A DNA stretch of 64,000 nt from Antechinus flavipes (Eukaryota), in assembly GCF_016432865.1 (NCBI RefSeq), contig NC_067403.1:255564001-255628000 (forward strand). Reading direction: 5' to 3'. The notes beneath the pieces are model-generated. The model searched no databases. It was given only the letters and a program-made list of their open reading frames with translations, and was not told where the DNA came from. The position numbers and the translations under genes are program-made. Below are positions 63,633 to 64,000 of the stretch, in pieces. The stretch's first letter is position 1. Every line of letters starts with the position of its first letter.

Positions 63633-63812
63633 GTCCTGTCCCCCATTCCCTTCTCTCCTTCTCGTTGATGATAAACCTGATGAACCGAGGTCTGGACCCT
63701 GCTGCTGCCCTTCCTGTGTTCAGCAGCTGGGTGAAGCCGGCGGTGTGGGCCGGTTCCGGGCACCCCGCCTTCCGCCAGCAGCAGGAGGTGCAGGCCTTCC
63801 TTAACCTTCTCG
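63633..63812 (+). CDS. SPDYC: Speedy/RINGO family member C, one N-terminal exon (gene continues beyond the window)
   Basis: Acceptor at 63632/63633 and donor CTC G|GTGAG at 63812. MNRGLDPAAALPV...AFRQQQEVQAFLNLL resembles recalled human MSDSQDPTTSPVV...RFRQHQEVQAFLSLLE. Candidate ATGs at 63668 and 63680. Synteny agrees. Confidence 0.8.
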
Positions 63813-64000
63813 GTGAGACCAGGGGTCGGGCAGGCGCCCCTTGGGCTGGCCTCGGGGGTCCCTAGGAGGCTCCCCATGGAGTCACTGCCCTCCCTGCGTT
63901 TGGCTCCCTCTTATCCGCCCGGGGAAGGGGCTGAGGAGCTGTGCCCGGGGTGTGCGTGTGTGTGGGGGGATGTGCCCGGGGTGTGTGTGTGTGGGGATGC

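Overview
Eukaryotic genomic DNA from a marsupial, probably a dasyurid (inferred from WSINE1/MAR1-type SINEs and the L1 3' tails). It is syntenic with human 11q13.1. The left 30 kb is gene-dense: (ZFPL1 3' end, by synteny) - TMEM262(-) - VPS51(+) - TM7SF2(+) - ZNHIT2(-) - FAU(-) - MRPL49(+) - SYVN1/HRD1(-). All seven complete genes can be assembled by hand with GT-AG introns and intact frames. One SPDYC exon (+) lies at the far right. The 33 kb between SYVN1 and SPDYC is rich in repeats (L1, L2/MIR, SINEs, solo LTRs, an ERV-L-like pol fossil), but it also has structure the repeats do not explain. The SYVN1 promoter/first-exon block occurs three times (about 29.9-31.6, 45.7-47.35 and 57.8-59.3 kb). 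The two extra copies head a direct tandem duplication (about 38.6-47.35 and 47.4-59.3 kb). All three copies keep an inverted ETS pair with an 18-bp spacer. The ER-stress elements (ERSE and UPRE-II) are intact only in the SYVN1 copy. The duplicates look like new minus-strand transcription units built on a recycled, UPR-uncoupled promoter, and one may encode an 88-aa spliced ORF. Gene and repeat identities come from recalled sequences, not database searches. No CRISPR array, rRNA or true tRNA gene was found.
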